From Auanema rhodensis (Eukaryota; Animalia; Nematoda), in NCBI GenBank assembly GCA_964057225.1, contig OZ059896.1:21328001-21392000 (forward strand): a stretch of DNA of 64,000 bases, written 5' to 3'. Positions within the stretch are counted from its first letter, which is position 1. Each line of letters starts with the position of its first letter. A model generated the notes under the pieces. That model saw nothing but the letters and a program-made list of their open reading frames with translations. It did not search any database and was not told the origin of the DNA. Of the stretch, positions 56,486 to 64,000 are shown in pieces. The position numbers were made by a program, and so were the translations under genes.

Positions 56486-59400
56486 AAATTGATGCATTAG
56501 TGTATGTTGAGTTTCCATGTACACTCAACATTGCTTCCAAAAACATTTTGACAAAAACTTTTTCGAAAAATTTCAAAATAATTTAGCAAAAAGTAGATGT
56601 TTTTAGATTCCTTTTTTCAAGGCAAAGACGATGGACAATGTTATTCAACGAAAAAATTAATTCTTCAGGGTGAAAATCGAGGATATAAGTGTGAACTTAT
56701 ATCAGTTGATATCTCGGTGCATTTTTAAGCTAGCGCAAATCTGATAACACAGATCGACGCAGCTTAAAAATCCGCATCGAATGCACTTTACTACTTTGAG
56801 AAACGCTTAATACAAAAGTTAGTTATGATCGTTTGAAAATTGATGCATTAGTGTATGTTGAGTTTCCATGTACACTCAACATTGCTTCCAAAAACATTTT
56901 GACAAAAGTTTTTTCGAAAAATTTCAAAATAATTTAGCAAAAAGTAGATGTTTTTAGATTCCTTTTTTCAAGGCAAAGACGATGGACAATGTTATTCAAC
57001 AAAAAAATTAATTCTTCAGGGTGAAAATCGAGGATATAAGTGTGAACTTATATCAGTTGATATCTCGGTGCATTTTTAAGCTAGCGCAAATCTGATAACA
57101 CAGATCGACGCAGCTTGAAAATCCGCATCGAATGTACTATACTACATTGAGAAACGCTTAATACAAAAATTAGTTATGATCGTTTGAAAATTGATGCATT
57201 AGTGTATGTTGAGTTTCCATGTACACTCAACATTGCTTCCAAAAACATTTTGACAAAAATTTTTTCGAAAAATTTCAAGATAATTTAGCAAAAAGTAGAT
57301 GTTTTTAGATTCCTTTTTTCAAGGCAAAGACGATGGACAATGTTATTCAACGAAAAAATTAATTCTTCAGGGTGAAAATCGAGGATATAAGTGTGAACTT
57401 ATATCAGTTGATATCTCGGTGCATTTTTAAGCTAGCGCAAATCTGATAACACAGATCGACGCAGCTTAAAAATCCGCATCGAATGCACTTTACTACTTTG
57501 AGAAACGCTTAATACAAAAGTTAGTTATGATCGTTTGAAAATTGATGCATTAGTGTATGTTGAGTTTCCATGTACACTCAACATTGCTTCCAAAAACATT
57601 TTGACAAAAATTTTTTCGAAAAATTTCAAAATAATTTAGCAAAAAGTAGATGTTTTTAGATTCCTTTTTTCAAGGCAAAGACGATGGACAATGTTATTCA
57701 ACAAAAAAATTAATTCTTCAGGGTGAAAATCGAGGATATAAGTGTGCACTTATATCAGTTGATATCTCGGTGCATTTTTAAGCTAGCGCAAATCTGATAA
57801 CACAGATCGACGCAGCTTAAAAATCCGCATCGAATGCACTATACTACATTGAGAAACGCTCAATACAAAAATTAGTTATGATCGTTTGAAAAATGATGCC
57901 TTAGTGTATTTTGAGTTTCCATGTACACTCAACATTGCTTCCAAAAACATTTTGACAAAAATTTTTTCGAAAAATTTCAAAATAATTTAGCAAAAAGTAG
58001 ATGTTTTTAGATTCCTTTTTTTAAGGCAAAGACGATGGACAATGTTAATCAACAAAAAAATTTATTCTTCAGGGTGAAAATCGAGGATATAAGTGTGCAC
58101 TTATATCAGTTGATATCTCGGTGCATTTTTAAGCTAGCGCAAATCTGATAACACAGATCGACGAAGCTTAAAAATCCGCATCGAATGCACTATACTACAT
58201 TGAGAAACGCTTAATACAAAAATTAGTTATGATCGTTTGAAAAATGATGCCTTAGTGTATGTTGAGTTTCCATGTACACTCAACATTGCTTCCAAAAACA
58301 TTTTGACAAAAATTTTTTCGAAAAATTTCAAAATAATTTAGCAAAAAGTAGATGTTTTTAGATTCCTTTTTTCAAGGCAAAGACGATGGACAATGTTATT
58401 CAACGAAAAAATTAATTCTTCAGGGTGAAAATCGAGGATATAAGTGTGAACTTATATCAGTTGATATCTCGGTGCATTTTTAAGCTAGCGCAAATCTCAT
58501 AACACAGATCGACGCAGCTTGAAAATCCGCATCGAATGCACTATACTACATTGAGAAACGCTTAATACAAAAATTAGTTATGATCGTTTGAAAAATGATG
58601 CCTTAGTGTATGTTGAGTTTCCATGTACACTCAACATTGCTTCCAAAAACATTTTGACAAAAACTTTTTCGAAAAATTTCAAAATAATTTAGCAAAAAGT
58701 AGATGTTTTTAGATTCCTTTTTTCAAGGCAAAGACGATGGACAATGTTATTCAACGAAAAAATTAATTCTTCAGGGTGAAAATCGAGGATATAAGTGTGA
58801 ACTTATATCAGTTGATATCTCGGTGCATTTTTAAGCTAGCGCAAATCTCATAACACAGATCGACGCAGCTTGAAAATCCGCATCGAATGCACTATACTAC
58901 ATTGAGAAACGCTTAATACAAAAATTAGTTATGATCGTTTGAAAAATGATGCCTTAGTGTATGTTGAGTTTCCATGTACACTCAACATTGCTTCCAAAAA
59001 CATTTTGACAAAATTTTTTTGAAACATTTCAAAATAATTTAGCAAAAAGTAGATGTTTTTAGATTCCTTTTTTCAAGGCAAAGACGATGGACAATGTTAT
59101 TCAACGAAAAAATTAATTCTTCAGGGTGAAAATCGAGGATATAAGTGTGAACTTATATCAGTTGATATCTCGGTGCATTTTTAAGCTAGCGCAAATCTGA
59201 TAACACAGATCGACGCAGCTTAAAAATCCGCATCGAATGCACTTTACTACTTTGAGAAACGCTTAATACAAAAATTAGTTATGATCGTTTGAAAATTGAT
59301 GCATTAGTGTATGTTGAGTTTCCATGTACACTCAACATTGCTTCCAAAAACATTTTGACAAAAACTTTTTCGAAAAATTTCAAAATAATTTAGCAAAAAG

Positions 59401-59665
59401 TAGATGTTTTTAGATTCCTTTTTTTAAGGCAAAGACGATGGACAATGTTATTCAACGAAAAAATTAATTCTTCAGGGTGAAAATCGAGGATATAAGTGTG
59501 AACTTATATCAGTTGATATCTCGGTGCATTTTTAAGCTAGCGCAAATCTGATAACACAGATCGACGCAGCTTAAAAATCCGCATCGAATGCACTTTACTA
59601 CTTTGAGAAACGCTTAATACAAAAGTTAGTTATGATCGTTTGAAAAATGATGCCTTAGTGTATGT

Positions 59666-62122
59666 TGAGTTTCCATGTACACTCAACATTGCTTCCAAAA
59701 ACATTTTGACAAAAATTTTTTCGAAAAATTTCAAAATAATTTAGCAAAAAGTAGATGTTTTTAGATTCCTTTTTTTAAGGCAAAGACGATGGACAATGTT
59801 ATTCAACGAAAAAATTAATTCTTCAGGGTGAAAATCGAGGATATAAGTGTGAACTTATATCAGTTGATATCTCGGTGCATTTTTAAGCTAGCGCAAATCT
59901 GATAACACAGATCGACGCAGCTTAAAAATCCGCATCGAATGCACTATACCACATTGAGAAACGCTTAATACAAAAATTAGTTATGATCGTTTGAAAAATG
60001 ATGCATTAGTGTATGTTGAGTTTCCATGTACACTCAACATTGCTTCCAAAAACATTTTGACAAAAATTTTTTCGAAAAATTTCAAAATAATTTAGCAAAA
60101 AGTAGATGTTTTTAGATTCCTTTTTTCAAGGCAAAGACGATGGACAATGTTATTCAACAAAAAAATTAATTCTTCAGGGTGAAAATCGAGGATATAAGTG
60201 TGCACTTATATCAGTTGATATCTCGGTGCATTTTTAAGCTAGCGCAAATCTGATAACACAGATCGACGCAGCTTAAAAATCCGCATCGAATGCACTATAC
60301 TACATTGAGAAACGCTTAATACGAAAATTAGTTATGATCGTTTGAAAAATGATGCCTTAGTGTATTTTGAGTTTCCATGTACACTCAACATTGCTTCCAA
60401 AAACATTTTGACAAAAATTTTTTCGAAAAATTTCAAAATAATTTAGCAAAAAGTAGATGTTTTTAGATTCCTTTTTTCAAGGCAAAGACGATGGACAATG
60501 TTATTCAACAAAAAAATTTATTCTTCAGGGTGAAAATCGAGGATATAAGTGTGCACTTATATCAGTTGATATCTCGGTGCATTTTTAAGCTAGCGCAAAT
60601 CTGATAACACAGATCGACGCAGCTTGAAAATCCGCATCGAATGTACTATACTACATTAAGAAACGCTTAATACAAAAATTAGTTATGATCGTTTGAAAAA
60701 TGATGCCTTAGTGTATGTTGAGTTTCCATGTACACTCAACATTGCTTCCAAAAACATTTTGACAAAAATTTTTTCGAAAAATTTCAAAATAATTTAGCAA
60801 AAAGTAGATGTTTTTAGATTCCTTTTTTTAAGGCAAAGACGATGGACAATGTTATTCAACGAAAAAATTAATTCTTCAGGGTGAAAATCGAGGATATAAG
60901 TGTGAACTTATATCAGTTGATATCTCGGTGCATTTTTAAGCTAGCGCAAATCTGATAACACAGATCGACGCAGCTTAAAAATCCGCATCGAATGCACTAT
61001 ACCACATTGAGAAACGCTTAATACAAAAATTAGTTATGATCGTTTGAAAAATGATGCATTAGTGTATGTTGAGTTTCCATGTACACTCAACATTGCTTCC
61101 AAAAACATTTTGACAAAAATTTTTTCGAAAAATTTCAAAATAATTTAGCAAAAAGTAGATGTTTTTAGATTCCTTTTTTCAAGGCAAAGACGATGGACAA
61201 TGTTATTCAACAAAAAAATTAATTCTTCAGGGTGAAAATCGAGGATATAAGTGTGCACTTATATCAGTTGATATCTCGGTGCATTTTTAAGCTAGCGCAA
61301 ATCTGATAACACAGATCGACGCAGCTTAAAAATCCGCATCGAATGCACTATACTACATTGAGAAACGCTTAATACGAAAATTAGTTATGATCGTTTGAAA
61401 AATGATGCCTTAGTGTATTTTGAGTTTCCATGTACACTCAACATTGCTTCCAAAAACATTTTGACAAAAATTTTTTCGAAAAATTTCAAAATAATTTAGC
61501 AAAAAGTAGATGTTTTTAGATTCCTTTTTTCAAGGCAAAGACGATGGACAATGTTATTCAACAAAAAAATTTATTCTTCAGGGTGAAAATCGAGGATATA
61601 AGTGTGCACTTATATCAGTTGATATCTCGGTGCATTTTTAAGCTAGCGCAAATCTGATAACACAGATCGACGCAGCTTGAAAATCCGCATCGAATGTACT
61701 ATACTACATTAAGAAACGCTTAATACAAAAATTAGTTATGATCGTTTGAAAAATGATGCCTTAGTGTATGTTGAGTTTCCATGTACACTCAACATTGCTT
61801 CCAAAAACATTTTGACAAAAATTTTTTCGAAAAATTTCAAAATAATTTAGCAAAAAGTAGATGTTTTTAGATTCCTTTTTTTAAGGCAAAGACGATGGAC
61901 AATGTTATTCAACGAAAAAATTAATTCTTCAGGGTGAAAATCGAGGATATAAGTGTGAACTTATATCAGTTGATATCTCGGTGCATTTTTAAGCTAGCGC
62001 AAATCTGATAACACAGATCGACGCAGCTTAAAAATCCGCATCGAATGCACTATACCACATTGAGAAACGCTTAATACAAAAATTAGTTATGATCGTTTGA
62101 AAAATGATGCATTAGTGTATGT
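59666..62122. repeat. Local 3-mer higher-order repeat, about 2.3 copies (m171-177)
   Basis: Private ATACGAAAA in m172 and m175; CATTAAG in m173 and m176. Confidence 0.85.
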
Positions 62123-64000
62123 TGAGTTTCCATGTACACTCAACATTGCTTCCAAAAACATTTTGACAAAAATTTTTTCGAAAAATTTCAAAATAATTTA
62201 GCAAAAAGTAGATGTTTTTAGATTCCTTTTTTCAAGGCAAAGACGATGGACAATGTTATTCAACAAAAAAATTAATTCTTCAGGGTGAAAATCGAGGATA
62301 TAAGTGTGCACTTATATCAGTTGATATCTCGGTGCATTTTTAAGCTAGCGCAAATCTGATAACACAGATCGACGCAGCTTAAAAATCCGCATCGAATGCA
62401 CTATACTACATTGAGAAACGCTTAATACAAAAATTAGTTATGATCGTTTGAAAAATGATGCCTTAGTGTATGTTGAGTTTCCATGTACACTCAACATTGC
62501 TTCCAAAAACATTTTGACAAAAATTTTTTCGAAAAATTTCAAAATAATTTAGCAAAAAGTAGATATTTTTAGATTCCTTTTTTTAAGGCAAAGACGATGG
62601 ACAATGTTATTCAACGAAAAAATTAATTCTTCAGGGTGAAAATCGAGGATATAAGTGTGAACTTATATCAGTTGATATCTCGGTGCATTTTTAAGCTAGC
62701 GCAAATCTGATAACACAGATCGACGCAGCTTAAAAATCCGCATCGAATGCACTATACCACATTGAGAAACGCTTAATACAAAAATTAGTTATGATCGTTT
62801 GAAAAATGATGCATTAGTGTATGTTGAGTTTCCATGTACACTCAACATTGCTTCCAAAAACATTTTGACAAAAATTTTTTCGAAAAATTTCAAAATAATT
62901 TAGCAAAAAGTAGATGTTTTTAGATTCCTTTTTTCAAGGCAAAGACGATGGACAATGTTATTCAACAAAAAAATTAATTCTTCAGGGTGAAAATCGAGGA
63001 TATAAGTGTGCACTTATATCAGTTGATATCTCGGTGCATTTTTAAGCTAGCGCAAATCTGATAACACAGATCGACGCAGCTTAAAAATCCGCATCGAATG
63101 CACTATACTACATTGAGAAACGCTTAATACAAAAATTAGTTATGATCGTTTGAAAAATGATGCCTTAGTGTATTTTGAGTTTCCATGTACACTCAACATT
63201 GCTTCCAAAAACATTTTGACAAAAATTTTTTCGAAAAATTTCAAAATAATTTAGCAAAAAGTAGATGTTTTTAGATTCCTTTTTTCAAGGCAAAGACGAT
63301 GGACAATGTTATTCAACAAAAAAATTTATTCTTCAGGGTGAAAATCGAGGATATAAGTGTGCACTTATATCAGTTGATATCTCGGTGCATTTTTAAGCTA
63401 GCGCAAATCTGATAACACAGATCGACGCAGCTTGAAAATCCGCATCGAATGTACTATACTACATTGAGAAACGCTTAATACAAAAATTAGTTATGATCGT
63501 TTGAAAAATGATGCCTTAGTGTATGTTGAGTTTCCATGTACACTCAACATTGCTTCCAAAAACATTTTGACAAAAATTTTTTCGAAAAATTTCAAAATAA
63601 TTTAGCAAAAAGTAGATATTTTTAGATTCCTTTTTTTAAGGCAAAGACGATGGACAATGTTATTCAACGAAAAAATAAATTCTTCAGGGTGAAAATCGAG
63701 GATATAAGTGTGCACTTATATCAGTTGATATCTTGGTGCATTTTCAAGCTAGCGCAAATCTGATAACACAGATCGACGCAGCTTAAAAATCCGCATCGAA
63801 TGCACTATACTACATTGAGAAACGCTTAATACAAAAAATAGTTATGATCGTTTGAAAAATGATGCATTAGTGTATGTTGAGTTTCCATGTACACTCAACA
63901 TTGCTTCCAAAAACATTTTGACAAAAATTTTTTCGAAAAATTTCAAAATAATTTAGCAAAAAGTTGATGTTTTTAGATTCCTTTTTTTAAGGCAAAGACG

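Larger units (their letters stand above)
39600..58497. repeat. Near-perfect tandem duplication of a 27-monomer (9477-bp) unit (m114-140 vs m141-167)
   Basis: Private variants are 9477 bp apart: CATTTCTAAG+GATTGTTT (m115/m142), CTTGATAC (m117/m144), TCAATATT (m118/m145), GACGAATGAC (m126/m153), open ORF (46769/56246). About five differences were found by eye. Confidence 0.93.
1..64000. repeat. Satellite DNA array, 351-bp monomer, about 182.3 head-to-tail copies, running off both window edges
   Basis: TGAGTTTCCATGTACAC recurs at 1, 352, 703 ... 7021 (=1+20x351). The register slips by 1 bp only after m37, m42, m61, m99 and m169, and the last monomer starts at 63878. No interrupting sequence was seen. 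Confidence 0.99.

Noticed and set aside
1-64000. CRISPR array
   Set aside because: There are no unique spacers. The entire 351 bp repeats and no cas genes are present.
1-64000. Sequencing concatemer or rolling-circle artefact
   Set aside because: Variants are shared, ordered and hierarchically duplicated, and homopolymer indels are nearly absent, unlike random read error on one template.

Overview
The whole 64 kb window is one uninterrupted head-to-tail array of an AT-rich satellite. The monomer is 351 bp (about 31% GC by hand count). There are 182 full monomers plus 123 bp, all in one orientation, differing from each other by only a few substitutions. Only five monomers are 350 bp. I see no genes, RNA genes, transposon insertions, inversions or unique sequence. 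It looks like eukaryotic (peri)centromeric or heterochromatic satellite DNA; CpG is not depleted, which fits a poorly methylated genome. I cannot assign a species or a named family. The four 79-aa ORFs are single monomers in which three in-frame TAA/CAA polymorphisms are all CAA, and they are probably not genes. Two kinds of structure stand out. (1) The monomer is packed with inverted repeats: a 67-nt, 26-bp hairpin (monomer 207-273), a 9-bp stem with a GTGA loop (175-196), a 9-bp stem across the monomer junction, and an imperfect A/T-tract fold-back. (2) Shared variants reveal nested, irregular higher-order duplications (1-, 2-, 3-, 4-, 5-, 16-, 27- and 42-77-monomer offsets), including a mappable one-monomer deletion chimera and a probable gene-conversion tract. 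mN means the Nth monomer counted from window position 1; the phase is arbitrary. All comparisons were made by eye.
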